Shown piece after piece: positions 28,837 to 39,461 of a DNA stretch of 64,000 nt. Source of the stretch: Chthoniobacteraceae bacterium (lineage in GTDB: Bacteria > Verrucomicrobiota > Verrucomicrobiia > Chthoniobacterales > Chthoniobacteraceae). The notes beneath the pieces were generated by a model. That model did no database searches. It was not told the DNA's origin and worked only from the letters and a program-made list of their open reading frames with translations. The translations under genes were made by a program, and so were the position numbers. Position 1 is the stretch's first letter. Every line of letters begins with the position of its first letter. The stretch spans positions 38,056-102,055 of the forward strand of contig JANNWY010000304.1 in the NCBI GenBank assembly GCA_031409335.1. Reading direction: 5' to 3'.

Positions 28837-31800
28837 CTAATGCTTCCCGGACGGGCGCCGGGATCGACCCATCGCGGCAAGCGCGCCGAGGAGCAGCAGG
28901 ATCGCGGCACTTGGTTCCGGCACTGGCTGGATCGCCTCGGACGCAAGCATGACATCGTCGCTGAAACCGGGCGCGGGGCCGGGTGGGGGACCCAGTGTGA
29001 CGACGGCTCCGCTGCTGATGTCGAGCGCGCCAAGGGTCTGGCTCACGCGAAAGGAGGTCGTTCCGCCAAGGGCGTTGACGGTGCTGCTTCCTGCGCCGAT
29101 CGGACTGTTCACGTTGAGGGTGCCATCGGTGATGTTCGTGGCGTCGAGGTAAGTCAGCGCACCGTTCAGATTCAGCGTGCCGGCACCGATTTTCGTCACG
29201 CCACCGGAGCCGGTGATCGCACCGTCGAGGGTGAGATTGCCGGGGCCGCCGATATTGGTGTCCGCGCCGTTCACGGCAATGGGATTGGCGTAGCTCGATG
29301 CGGCGCTGGTATTGCCGTTGATGAACTTGGAATTCGCACCGCTGGCGAGCAGGAGGGTCCCGGTGGTCACGGCAGTCTGGCCGTTGAAATCGAGGGTGCC
29401 GGTGAAGAGTTGGGCATTTTGCGAGACCGGGCCAAGCGCGGTGGCGGTGGTCAATTTGACGAGGCCCGCATTGCCGGTGGTGAATGGGAATCCGATGATG
29501 GTCGAGTTTGTGTCGGAATAGCGGACGGTGTTATTACCGCCGAGCAGCACGGTGGCTGCGGCGTCACCGCCGATCCAGAGTCGTCCTTCGGACCCGGCGG
29601 TCGAGGTGATGTTGGCGCTGAGCGTTCCGCTTTGAAAATACATGTTGTTGCCAAGGATGTTCAACGTACCGCCAACGATATTGCCGACGATGCCATTGGT
29701 CGGCCCGTTGTTCCCGACTTCGCCGATTTCCTGGGTGGTTCCGTTGAGGTCGAGAGTGCCGCCGTTCACGATGATGAGATTGCTGGTGCGGGGCAGCACG
29801 CCGGTGCCGCTGGTGATGGCGACCTGGTCGATGCCCACGCTTTTATCGCCACCGCCGGTGTTCAGCCCGGCGAAAGTGATGGTGTGATCGCCAGCGGAGG
29901 CAACGGTGATTTGCGTGGCGAAGGAGGTCCACGCAGTGTTGCTCGTCTGCCATTGGAAAGCGTCCGCGCCATCGACTCGCACGACGGCGGGATTCACCTG
30001 ACCGCTGCGCGATGCGCCGCGCCAGGAGAGCGCGTAAGTGCCCGCTGCGGGAAAGTTGATCGTCTGGCTGAGCATCTGTTCCTGCTGAAGACTCGCGCCC
30101 TGGGTGCCCCCGGGAACCGGCGCATAACCCCAGGCGCTGCCGTTGGCCTGGAGGACTGCGCCTGTCCAGACATAGTCCGCCTTCTGCGCCGGAGTCATCG
30201 CATCGAAGTAAACGAAGTTGCCGATGCCGATGGCGGGGGCTTCAAAGCTCGAGTTCTGCACCGCGACGGAAGTCCCGACACCCATCCGCAGCGTGCCGCT
30301 CGCGACCACGGTGGCACCGGTATAAGCCTGCGGGCTGGTGAGCGTGAGCACGCCACTCCCAACTTGGATGAGATTGCCGCTGCCGCTGATGGCGCGATCT
30401 TCGGAAATGTTGTCGCTGCGATTGAAGGCAAGGTTGCCGTTGTTGACGATGCGGCCCGTCCCGAGCGAGCCAGTCGTGCCGCCATTGCCGACTTGCAGCG
30501 CGCCGCCGGGCGGGAGCGTGGCCGGGCCGGCGATGGTGGTAGTGCCGGTGTAAGTGTTGTTACCAGTGAGCGTGAGGATCGCATTGCCCTGCTTCGCGAG
30601 TCCGCCGCTGCCACTGATGGCTCCCGCGAAGGTCGTCGCAGTGTTATCGCCGCCCGTCGTCAGCGTTCCACTACCCAGCGTGACGGTCGAGCCCGCGACA
30701 CCGGCGAGCGAGCCTATGGCTTGCGAGACGCCGTTTAGGTCAAACGATGCACCCGAACTCGTGATGCTGAGCGCGGTGTTCGCGGGTAGCTGCCCGCCGA
30801 GGCCCGACATCCGCACGTTGTCGATGACGGTCGAGCGATCACCGCCGATCACATTATTGCCGAGGAATGCGATCGTGTGATTCCCCGCCGTCAGCGCCGC
30901 GCTCGCGGAAAAAGGCTGCCAGGCGGCACCGCTGAAAACCGCGGGATCGAAAGTGCCCACCGTATTGCAATCGATCTGGACCACGATGCCATTGGTGCCA
31001 AATGCGCCACCTCTAGCCTCGCCCGCAAAAGAAATCGTGTAGATCCCGTCGCTACCCACATTCACGGTTTGTGAGATTGAATTGCTATCGCCCTGGATGA
31101 ATGCGCCACGCGTGCCATCGGGAGCCGATGTATTAAACCACGGGCTGCTATTGGTCGCGATGCCGGTGCCGCCGACAAAGGTCCAGGTGGCACCGGTCGG
31201 TGCGTATTGGAAAGTGCCATTCGCCAGCGGATCGTGTGTCTCGAAGCTATTGTTCGCGACATTCACGACGCTGCCGGACGCAAGCCGCAGCACGCCTCCG
31301 CTGATCGTCGTCGCGCCGTCGTAATTGTTGTAGCCGCCCACGACCAGCGCGCCTTCCGCGACGGTGATGCCTTTCGTGCCGGAGATGATGCCACCCATCG
31401 TCACGGTTCCCGCGCCCATCTTCGCCATGTCGCTGTTTAGAAAGACAGGCGTCGCGATGGTATGCGTGCCGCCCGTGGTCTGGATCACCGAGGCGCCGAC
31501 ATTCGTTTCGAGCGTCAGCACATTCCCACCCGAGATGCTGTAGTCGGTGCCGAGGAGTTGGATGTGTCCCGTCGTTGTCGCCACATCGAGCGTCACCGTC
31601 GTCGGCCCCGGCTGCACGCTGAACGAAGCGCTGCTGCCGACGGTATCGGGGATAACTCCTTGCGACCAGTTAGCGATCGTGTTCCACGAATTGCCGGAAT
31701 TCGGCGACCACATATTTGTGAAGACCTGCGCGGAAACGGTCTGTGCAAAAGCGCCAAGCGCGCCGAGCCCGGCAAATGCCGCAGCGCGGAAGCGGCAGGC

Positions 31801-31869
31801 CCGGAACTTCCGGCTGGACGCGATGGCTGGGAGCGCACTGGGGATGGATTTTGTCGCGGGAGTTTTCAT
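28837..31869 (-). CDS. PEP-CTERM protein with autotransporter-associated beta-strand repeats and two CBM/DUF642-like inserts
   Basis: Repeats GLAKQGNAILTLTGNNTYTGTTTI and GNLIQVGSGVLTLTSPQAYTGAT; NNSFE/NSSFE domains; VPEPSAAILLLLGALAAMGRSRR. Confidence 0.88.
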   Translation of the reverse strand: MKTPATKSIPSALPAIASSRKFRACRFRAAAFAGLGALGAFAQTVSAQVFTNMWSPNSGNSWNTIANWSQGVIPDTVGSSASFSVQPGPTTVTLDVATTTGHIQLLGTDYSISGGNVLTLETNVGASVIQTTGGTHTIATPVFLNSDMAKMGAGTVTMGGIISGTKGITVAEGALVVGGYNNYDGATTISGGVLRLASGSVVNVANNSFETHDPLANGTFQYAPTGATWTFVGGTGIATNSSPWFNTSAPDGTRGAFIQGDSNSISQTVNVGSDGIYTISFAGEARGGAFGTNGIVVQIDCNTVGTFDPAVFSGAAWQPFSASAALTAGNHTIAFLGNNVIGGDRSTVIDNVRMSGLGGQLPANTALSITSSGASFDLNGVSQAIGSLAGVAGSTVTLGSGTLTTGGDNTATTFAGAISGSGGLAKQGNAILTLTGNNTYTGTTTIAGPATLPPGGALQVGNGGTTGSLGTGRIVNNGNLAFNRSDNISEDRAISGSGNLIQVGSGVLTLTSPQAYTGATVVASGTLRMGVGTSVAVQNSSFEAPAIGIGNFVYFDAMTPAQKADYVWTGAVLQANGSAWGYAPVPGGTQGASLQQEQMLSQTINFPAAGTYALSWRGASRSGQVNPAVVRVDGADAFQWQTSNTAWTSFATQITVASAGDHTITFAGLNTGGGDKSVGIDQVAITSGTGVLPRTSNLIIVNGGTLDLNGTTQEIGEVGNNGPTNGIVGNIVGGTLNILGNNMYFQSGTLSANITSTAGSEGRLWIGGDAAATVLLGGNNTVRYSDTNSTIIGFPFTTGNAGLVKLTTATALGPVSQNAQLFTGTLDFNGQTAVTTGTLLLASGANSKFINGNTSAASSYANPIAVNGADTNIGGPGNLTLDGAITGSGGVTKIGAGTLNLNGALTYLDATNITDGTLNVNSPIGAGSSTVNALGGTTSFRVSQTLGALDISSGAVVTLGPPPGPAPGFSDDVMLASEAIQPVPEPSAAILLLLGALAAMGRSRRPSGKH

Positions 31870-32057
31870 GGCGGGGATTTCCGGGTGAAATGAACCGGTG
31901 GACAGCACTATGGACCCTTGGCTGTCTGCGGCAAGTTTTGGAGAGAGCATTTCTCCATGCGTGACCCGGCTTCCCGATTGACGAAACGCCACGCCGCAGG
32001 TATCTCCCTTTGTGGATCGTCGATCCAATTCCACCCCAAAACCAGTTCCCTCCTCCA

Positions 32058-33161
32058 ATGAACAAACACGTCCTCATCTCAATCACCGCATCCCTCATTG
32101 CCGCCCGCGCCTTTGCCGGGGATAGCATCACCGTTCTCAACCCCAGCTTTCAGGCGAGTCTTCCCGGCGGTGTTGGCTACGGCACGCCGGATGGCTGGAC
32201 GCCGGTGGGTGGAGTGGGTGTGAACAATGGCGGGATGCCGTTTGCAGACAACGGCTTGATCCCTGACAACAATCAAGTCGGCTTCTTGCAAGGTGTCGCC
32301 TCGTTGACTCAAAACCTCAGCGGTTTTTCCGTCGGCGATCTTTATTGGGTGCAGGGCTTTGCCAATGCACGCGGCGGTGGCGATATCCCGAGAGCCGCTC
32401 TCTCCCTTGCCGGCACGACCATCCTCCCCCCAACGACGCTGCCGCCTGTCGGTGGGGCAAACCCATATTACTTCGTCAATATCCCATGGGTCGCCACCTC
32501 CGCTTCAGGCGATCTGGCAATCAGCAGTGCGCCGTTCGCCGGAGGCGATGCCACCTTGCTGATCGACGGCATCTCGGTCATCCGGCGCACCGCGCTGGAC
32601 ATCGTCATCGCCAATCCGAGCTTCGAGGCCAGCGGCAACAGCTTTGGCTTCCCCGGCTACATCAGCGCGCCCAATTTCACTGCCGGATGGTCCCGCAGTG
32701 GTAACGGGCAAATCGCCATCAACGGCTCCAATGGATCGGGCAATCCCTTCGCTGACAACGGCGCGGTGCCGGACGGCGGCAATGTGGTCGGGCTGCAACA
32801 GGACATGAGCATTTCGCAGGCACTCGCGGGCCTGACCGCGGGGCAGACCTATCGGCTCTCGTTGGACTACAATTCGCGTAGTGGCGATGACCCCACCGCG
32901 CTGATTCAAATCGACGGGCTCACCGCTTTCACCGGCACCGTCCCCGAGGTCGGCGGTGTCAATCCCTACTACCATCTGGATTACGACTTTGTCGCCTCCG
33001 GGACGACGACCACGCTCTCACTCGCAAATCTCGGCCTCGCGCCGGACAGCACGCTGCTTTTGGACAACGTCCGGGTAATCGCCGTCCCCGAGCCGGGCAG
33101 CGCCGCATTGCTCGCCCTCGGCGGCCTCGCGCTGCTGCGCCGACGGCGGCAAGGCGCTTAG
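32058..33161 (+). CDS. PEP-CTERM protein with two CBM/DUF642-like domains
   Basis: Signal peptide; two NPSF-starting beta domains; VPEPGSAALLALGGLALLRRRR. Confidence 0.88.
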   Translation: MNKHVLISITASLIAARAFAGDSITVLNPSFQASLPGGVGYGTPDGWTPVGGVGVNNGGMPFADNGLIPDNNQVGFLQGVASLTQNLSGFSVGDLYWVQGFANARGGGDIPRAALSLAGTTILPPTTLPPVGGANPYYFVNIPWVATSASGDLAISSAPFAGGDATLLIDGISVIRRTALDIVIANPSFEASGNSFGFPGYISAPNFTAGWSRSGNGQIAINGSNGSGNPFADNGAVPDGGNVVGLQQDMSISQALAGLTAGQTYRLSLDYNSRSGDDPTALIQIDGLTAFTGTVPEVGGVNPYYHLDYDFVASGTTTTLSLANLGLAPDSTLLLDNVRVIAVPEPGSAALLALGGLALLRRRRQGA

Positions 33162-36100
33162 GTGCGCGCGCCGCCACGATCGGGATTCCGCTGGGCGGGT
33201 GAGCGGACGCGGTCTTTCGCGATTCTGTTCTTCGCGCGTTTATTTGCCGTCCACGCATTTGCCGCGGACTCGATCCTCGTCACCAATCCCAGTTTCCAGG
33301 CGGATAGCTTTCCGACGTTTCCCGGGTACCGCGGCGGCAGCAATCCCGCCGCGATCACCGGCTGGACGGGCGGCGGCGGGATCAATGGCAGCGACCTCGG
33401 CGCGGGCACGCCTTTCGCGGACAATGGCGCGTATCCCGACGGCACGCGCGTCGCGTTCATCCAGGGGCCGGGCTCACTCACGCAGACGCTGAACGGCTTC
33501 ACCGTCGGGCAGCGCTACTGGGTGCAGGTGTGGATGAATGCGCGCAACTGCTGCGGTGATCAGCCGAAGGTGAGTGTGACGCTCGGCGGTGCGTCGCTGC
33601 TGCCGCTCACGCAGCTTTCGCCGGTCGGCGGCGCGGCCGCTTACTATCTCGCGAATTTTGCGTGGACGGCCACTGCGACTTCCGCGCTGCTCTCGATCAA
33701 TTCGCAGGCGGCAGCCGCTGGCGATGCGTCGGCGGTGTTCGATGCGGTGGCCGTCATCAAGCGCGGGACGAGCGAAGTAGTCATCGCGAATCCGAGCTTC
33801 GAGGCGAGCGGCGTGGTGCCGGGAGCTTACGCGAATGTCGGGGGCTGGTCCGTGATCGGCACCGGTGGGCAAAGCGGCATCAATGCAGCCGCCGGGACGT
33901 TTCTCGACAACGGCGTGGTCCCCGATGGGAACAATGGGTTGTTCCTGCAAAACACGAACGCCGCGCAATCCATCGGCGTACAGCAAAGCGTCGCGGGGCT
34001 CGTGCCGGGGCAGACGTACCGGCTGACGCTGCGCTACAATTCGCGCAGCGCGGGCGACGATGCGCGGCTGCGCGTGAGCATCGACGGGCTCACCGCTTTC
34101 AACGCGATCATCGCGCCGGTCGGAGTCGCGCAACCCTTCCACACACTCACGTTTGATTTCACGACGAGCAGCGAGACGGCGCTTTTGAAAATCGAGAACG
34201 CCGGCAACGGCGCGGACTCGACGGCGCTCGTGGATAGTGTGTCGCTCGCCGCCTTCGGCGCAGCCGTCACGCCACCGCTCGCACTCCCGTCGCCCGGCGC
34301 GCCGGGCAGCGCGGGCGGGCTCGTGACGTTTAACGAAATCCACTACAACCCTCTCGCCGTCGGCGCGCCGGAGTGGATCGAAATCGTGAATCAATGCGCG
34401 GTGCGGATCGACTTGAGCGGCTGGGAAATCACCGGCGGAGTCGCGTTTACATTCGCGGATGGCGCGTTCCTCGATCCGGGCGCTTTCCTGGTCGTATCCA
34501 GCATCGCGGGGAATCCGGCGGGCGCGCTCGGAGCGTTCACGGGGAATCTCGATGGCGCGGGCGACACGGTGCGGCTGCGCACGCGGCAGGGCTGGCTCAT
34601 CGACGACATGAGCTACGGCGTGACTGGAAACTGGCCTGCCGCACCGGATGGGACGGGGCCGACTTTGGCGAAACGCGCGGCGCATTTTGCAAGCGACGCG
34701 GCATCGAGTTGGGTCGCGAGCACGCAAGTCGGCGGCACGCCGGGCGGCGCGAATTTTTCCACGACGCCTGTGCTCACCACACCCGCCGCGCATGTCGCAG
34801 GGAGCGTGGTCATCAACGAAATTTTCTACCACGCGCGACCGACCTACGCCGATCCGTTCAACGCGGTCGCGCACGCGGAAAATCCCGCTGAGTGGATCGA
34901 ACTGCACAACCGCAGCGGCGCGCTCGTGGAGGTGAGCGGGTGGAAACTCGGCGACGGTTTCAGCTACACCTTTCCCGCGAACACCACGATCGCGGCGGGC
35001 GGATTCCTCGTGGTGAATCAGGCGCAATTCTCCGGCTCGCTCTCGAACAACGGCAACGCCATCGAACTCCGCGACGGCGCGGATGCGCTCGTCGATCGCG
35101 TGCGCTACCGCTCGCGCGGACGCTGGGCCGCGTACGCCGACGCGGGCGGCGGGTCGCTCGAACTCATCGACCCCGACGCCGACAACACGAAGCCGGAAGC
35201 GTGGGCCGCGAGCGATGAGAGCGCGAAGATGGCGTGGCAAAATTACAGCTACACCGCGCTCGGTGCGGAGCCGCCCGGCTCGAACAATCCGAGCGACTGG
35301 CACGAGTTTCTCATCGGCCTGCTCGATGGCGGCGAGGTGCTGATCGACGACATCTCGGTGCGCGAAGATCCAGCGGGCGCGAACGTGCAAGTGATTCAGA
35401 ACGGCAGCTTCGAGACCGACACGCTGAATCAGCCGCCACTAAAATGGCGCTGCCTCGGCACCCACAAAAACAGCGTCGTCATCCAAGACCCGAACGGCCC
35501 CGGCAAAGTGCTCCGCGTCGTCGCGACCGACGGCATCGAGCACACCTACAACAACTGCTCGACCACGCTCGTCGGCAACCGCGTGATCGACCCGTTGAAG
35601 AACTACGCGATTTCCTTCCGCGCAAAATGGATCGCTGGCTCGCCGCAACTCAACACGCGCCTTTACCTCGACTGCGCCGCGCGCACCACCATCCTCCCGC
35701 AACCCGCCATCGCCGGAACTCCCGGTGCGGTGAACTCGCGCCGCATCGCCAACGCCGGCCCGACCTTCACCGACTTCATCCACGCGCCGCTCGTCCCCGC
35801 GCTCGGTCAGCCGGTCACGGTTTTCGCGCGTCCCTTCGATCCCGACGGCCTCGGCGCGCAGACGCTTTTCTACTCGGTGAATGGCGGCGCGTTTTTATCC
35901 GTGGCGATGACCAACGACGGCGCGGGCCGCTTCAGCGCAAGCATTCCCGGCCAGCCGATGACCGGCGGCGTGGTGCAGTTTTACGTGCAAGGCGCGGACG
36001 CACTCGGCGCGACCGCGACCTTCCCCAGCGGCGGCGCGACCTCGCGCGCACTTTACAAAGTCGGCGACGGCGGCGTGTCCGCGCAGCCTCTCGCGAACAA

Positions 36101-38324
36101 GATTCGCCTCATCATGACCGCCGCCGACGCCGTGTTTATGCACGCGCCGATTCACGCCGTCAGCAATGCGCGCTTCGGTGCGACGCTCATCGCGAACGAC
36201 CGCGAAGTTTTCTACGGCGTGCGCGTGCGGCTGCGCAGCTCGCCGTACGGACGGCAGGGAAATCGCACCGGCTGGAATCTCGACTTCGATCCCGAGCAAC
36301 CCTTCCGCGGAACCGAGACGGACATGGTGCTCGACGGCGCCTTCAACATGCCGCGCGGCGATGGCACCGGCTGGATCGAGACGACACTCGGCGCGAGTAT
36401 TAACGAGATGCTTTTCCAAAGAGTCGCCGAACGCGCAGGCGGCATCCCATCGGAGATCGACGACATCGCGTTCGTCGCCACGCCCTTCTACGAGAGCCGC
36501 GCGTGCCAGCTCCGCCTCCGCCGCTACAGCAATTCCGCGCTCGATGAATTCATCCCCAACGGCGGCAACGGCTCACTTTTCAAACAGGAAATCATCTACC
36601 ATCCGACGATGACGGTGGACGGAAATGTGGAGAGTTTGAAGAACCCATACTCGACTTTCAAAGCCGTCGATATTCTCAGCCAGGGCACGGCGAAGGATGC
36701 CTATCGCTTCAACTACCTCGTGCAAAATCACGCGGCGCGCGATGACTTCTCCAGCATCATCGCGGCGTGTGCGGCGTTCAGCGGATCGAATGCGAATCTC
36801 TACGCCGCGAGCGATGCCGCGCTCGATTTGGAAAGCTGGACGCGGACCCTCGCGCTGAATGCGCTCACCGGCCTCGCGGACACTTACAATCAGAGTCTCC
36901 CGCACAATATCCAATTCCTCGCGCGACCCGACAATGGCCGCCTGATGCTGCTGCCGTGGGATATGGACCATGCGTTTTATTTCGCGACGAACTTTGGCAT
37001 CTACGGCGGCAACGCGCATCGCGTGAAAGACCTGATCGCCGATGCGCGCGTGAAGCGGCGCATCGCCGGGCATCTTCACAACCTTTGCCACACGAGCTTT
37101 AACAACACGTATCTCGATCCGTGGATCGACCACTACAACGCCGTCACGGGAAAGAACTACAACGCGAACTTCAAAAGCTGGGTGAGCGCCCGGCGCGCAT
37201 TCGTGCTCGCGCAACTCAACACCGACTGGCCCGCGAGCGCGTTTGCAATCACCACGAGTGGCGGCGCGAATTTTTCCGTGAATGCGCCAACCGCGACACT
37301 GCAAGGCTCCGCGTGGATCGACGTGCATCGCATCCGCAAAGCCGGCGCAGTCGAGCCGCTCGATCTCACATGGCTCGGCGGCAACTCGTGGCGCGTCGTC
37401 GTCCCGCTCGGCGCGGGCGCGAATCTGATCACGCTCGAAGCGCTAAACTACGCGGGCGCGCTCATCGGCACGGACACGATCACGATCACCAACACCGGCC
37501 CGACCGTCCCCGCCGCCGCGGGAAATCTCGTCGTCGCGGAAATCATGTATCACCCCGCCGACCCGACTCCCGCCGAAGTGCTCGCGGGCTTCACCGACTC
37601 GGATGAATTCGAGTTCATCGAGCTGCTGAACGTCGGCGCGAACCCCGTCGATCTCACCGACGCTGCCTTCACCGACGGCATCACCTTCACCTTTACCGGC
37701 GGCACGCTCGCTCCCGGCGCGCGGCTCTTGCTCGTGAAAAATGCCGCCGCCTTCGCGCAGCGCTACGGCGCGCTCCCGATCGCAGGCGTGTACACTGGCT
37801 CGCTGAATAACGGCGGCGACCATCTCCTGCTCTTGGATCGCGGCAATGTGACGATCCTCGATTTCAGCTACCTCGACGAAAGCCCGTGGCCCGCGGAAGC
37901 CGACGGCACCGGCCGCTCGCTCACCCTGCTGCGCCCCGGCACGCTCGCAGATCCCGCGCTCGCGAGTTCATGGCGCGTCAGCGTTTCCCCCGGCGGCTCA
38001 CCCGGCGCGGGCGACGCGCTCTCGATCGGCAGCTACCCGACGCTGCTCGACTACGCCCTCGCGCAAATCCCCGCCGTCACCCTCGAAAGCGGCTACGCCA
38101 CTTTCACCTGGCGTGAACGCCTCGGTGCCGACGACGCCACGATCACGCAGCAGCTTTCCCCCGACCTCGCGCAGTGGAACGCCGACCCCGGCAACCAATC
38201 GCTGCTCGTCCCGCTCACAAAAGTCGTGAACCTCGACGGCACCCGCACCGTCCGTGTCCGCGCCGCCACGCCCGCCAGCTCCGAAATCCGCGCCGTCTTC
38301 CGCCTCCGCGTGCAGTCGCAGTGA
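33162..38324 (+). CDS. Secreted lamin-tail-domain / CotH kinase-family protein
   Basis: Three LTDs (FNEIHYNP, INEIFYH, VAEIMYHP; EWIEL/EFIEL); CotH-like region with PWDMDHAF; two N-terminal CBM-like domains. Confidence 0.85.
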   Translation: MRAPPRSGFRWAGERTRSFAILFFARLFAVHAFAADSILVTNPSFQADSFPTFPGYRGGSNPAAITGWTGGGGINGSDLGAGTPFADNGAYPDGTRVAFIQGPGSLTQTLNGFTVGQRYWVQVWMNARNCCGDQPKVSVTLGGASLLPLTQLSPVGGAAAYYLANFAWTATATSALLSINSQAAAAGDASAVFDAVAVIKRGTSEVVIANPSFEASGVVPGAYANVGGWSVIGTGGQSGINAAAGTFLDNGVVPDGNNGLFLQNTNAAQSIGVQQSVAGLVPGQTYRLTLRYNSRSAGDDARLRVSIDGLTAFNAIIAPVGVAQPFHTLTFDFTTSSETALLKIENAGNGADSTALVDSVSLAAFGAAVTPPLALPSPGAPGSAGGLVTFNEIHYNPLAVGAPEWIEIVNQCAVRIDLSGWEITGGVAFTFADGAFLDPGAFLVVSSIAGNPAGALGAFTGNLDGAGDTVRLRTRQGWLIDDMSYGVTGNWPAAPDGTGPTLAKRAAHFASDAASSWVASTQVGGTPGGANFSTTPVLTTPAAHVAGSVVINEIFYHARPTYADPFNAVAHAENPAEWIELHNRSGALVEVSGWKLGDGFSYTFPANTTIAAGGFLVVNQAQFSGSLSNNGNAIELRDGADALVDRVRYRSRGRWAAYADAGGGSLELIDPDADNTKPEAWAASDESAKMAWQNYSYTALGAEPPGSNNPSDWHEFLIGLLDGGEVLIDDISVREDPAGANVQVIQNGSFETDTLNQPPLKWRCLGTHKNSVVIQDPNGPGKVLRVVATDGIEHTYNNCSTTLVGNRVIDPLKNYAISFRAKWIAGSPQLNTRLYLDCAARTTILPQPAIAGTPGAVNSRRIANAGPTFTDFIHAPLVPALGQPVTVFARPFDPDGLGAQTLFYSVNGGAFLSVAMTNDGAGRFSASIPGQPMTGGVVQFYVQGADALGATATFPSGGATSRALYKVGDGGVSAQPLANKIRLIMTAADAVFMHAPIHAVSNARFGATLIANDREVFYGVRVRLRSSPYGRQGNRTGWNLDFDPEQPFRGTETDMVLDGAFNMPRGDGTGWIETTLGASINEMLFQRVAERAGGIPSEIDDIAFVATPFYESRACQLRLRRYSNSALDEFIPNGGNGSLFKQEIIYHPTMTVDGNVESLKNPYSTFKAVDILSQGTAKDAYRFNYLVQNHAARDDFSSIIAACAAFSGSNANLYAASDAALDLESWTRTLALNALTGLADTYNQSLPHNIQFLARPDNGRLMLLPWDMDHAFYFATNFGIYGGNAHRVKDLIADARVKRRIAGHLHNLCHTSFNNTYLDPWIDHYNAVTGKNYNANFKSWVSARRAFVLAQLNTDWPASAFAITTSGGANFSVNAPTATLQGSAWIDVHRIRKAGAVEPLDLTWLGGNSWRVVVPLGAGANLITLEALNYAGALIGTDTITITNTGPTVPAAAGNLVVAEIMYHPADPTPAEVLAGFTDSDEFEFIELLNVGANPVDLTDAAFTDGITFTFTGGTLAPGARLLLVKNAAAFAQRYGALPIAGVYTGSLNNGGDHLLLLDRGNVTILDFSYLDESPWPAEADGTGRSLTLLRPGTLADPALASSWRVSVSPGGSPGAGDALSIGSYPTLLDYALAQIPAVTLESGYATFTWRERLGADDATITQQLSPDLAQWNADPGNQSLLVPLTKVVNLDGTRTVRVRAATPASSEIRAVFRLRVQSQ

Positions 38325-38344
38325 AAACCTGTAACGTTCGCGCC

Positions 38345-39460
38345 ATGTCTAAAACTGGCAACTTTCCCCAACAGATCGTCGGCCAACTCTCCACGGCAGA
38401 TTCGAAGCTGCGGCGCGCAAAGGTGCTGGTAGGGCTCGATGGCTTTGTCGATACGATCCTTCACGTCGTGAAAACCCGGGAGTCGGCGGGCAAATACGTG
38501 CGCATGGGAGCGATGAAGGACTTTGCCGCGCGGATCAGCGCAGCCGCCGGCCAGAGCGCGAATCTCGAGATGGTGACGCAGATGGTGAAACTCGGCGGCA
38601 ACGGTCCGATCATGGCAAATGCCCTCGGCAGTTTCGGCGCGCAGGTCACTTACATCGGGAATCTGGGGGCGCCGAATCTGCATCCGATCTTCAGCGATTT
38701 CGCGAAGCGCGCCCGCGTCGTTTCAATCGCGGAACCCGGCTACACGGACGCGGTGGAATTCGAGGACGGCAAGCTCATGTTTGGCAAGCACGAGAGCCTC
38801 AAGGACGTGAACTGGGCAAACCTGCTCGCGCACCTCCCGGAGCGCGAACTCGCCCGCATCTTCCAGCAATCCGCGCTGATCGCCCTCGTCAACTGGACGA
38901 TGCTCGCGCACATGACGGCCATCTGGAAACAGATTGCCGCGAAGATTGCGCCGTGCTTGACGGGGCCGCGGCGGCTCCTGTTCATCGACCTCGCCGATCC
39001 CGCCAAACGCGCGCCGACGGACATCGCGGCGGCGCTGAAACAGATCGCAAAATTTGAAAAGCATTTCCGCGTCGTGCTCGGTTTGAATTTTCACGAGAGT
39101 CGGCAAGTCGGCGAAGTCCTCGGCTTCAAGGCTCCCGAGGAAACGTATGGCACGGTGACCCATCACGCGTCGATCATCCGCAAAGCGCTTGGCATCGATT
39201 CGGTGGTGATTCATCCGACGCAATTCGCCGCCGGCGCGGATGCCGCCGGCTCGACGCACGTCGTTGGTCCATTCGTGGCCAGCCCGAAGATCACCACGGG
39301 CGCGGGTGATCATTTCAATGCGGGCTTTTGCATCGGTCGATTGCTCGATTTCGACCTCGCCGCCAGCCTTCAGATCGGCGTCGCCACGTCCGGTTTCTAC
39401 GTAAGAAACGCGCGCAGTCCGGGCATCGACGATCTCCGCAAATTCCTCAAACGCCTGTGA
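38345..39460 (+). CDS. PfkB/ribokinase-family carbohydrate kinase
   Basis: VGLDGFVD, KLGGNGPIMANAL, TTGAGDHFNAGF. Confidence 0.85.
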   Translation: MSKTGNFPQQIVGQLSTADSKLRRAKVLVGLDGFVDTILHVVKTRESAGKYVRMGAMKDFAARISAAAGQSANLEMVTQMVKLGGNGPIMANALGSFGAQVTYIGNLGAPNLHPIFSDFAKRARVVSIAEPGYTDAVEFEDGKLMFGKHESLKDVNWANLLAHLPERELARIFQQSALIALVNWTMLAHMTAIWKQIAAKIAPCLTGPRRLLFIDLADPAKRAPTDIAAALKQIAKFEKHFRVVLGLNFHESRQVGEVLGFKAPEETYGTVTHHASIIRKALGIDSVVIHPTQFAAGADAAGSTHVVGPFVASPKITTGAGDHFNAGFCIGRLLDFDLAASLQIGVATSGFYVRNARSPGIDDLRKFLKRL

Positions 39461-39461
39461 A

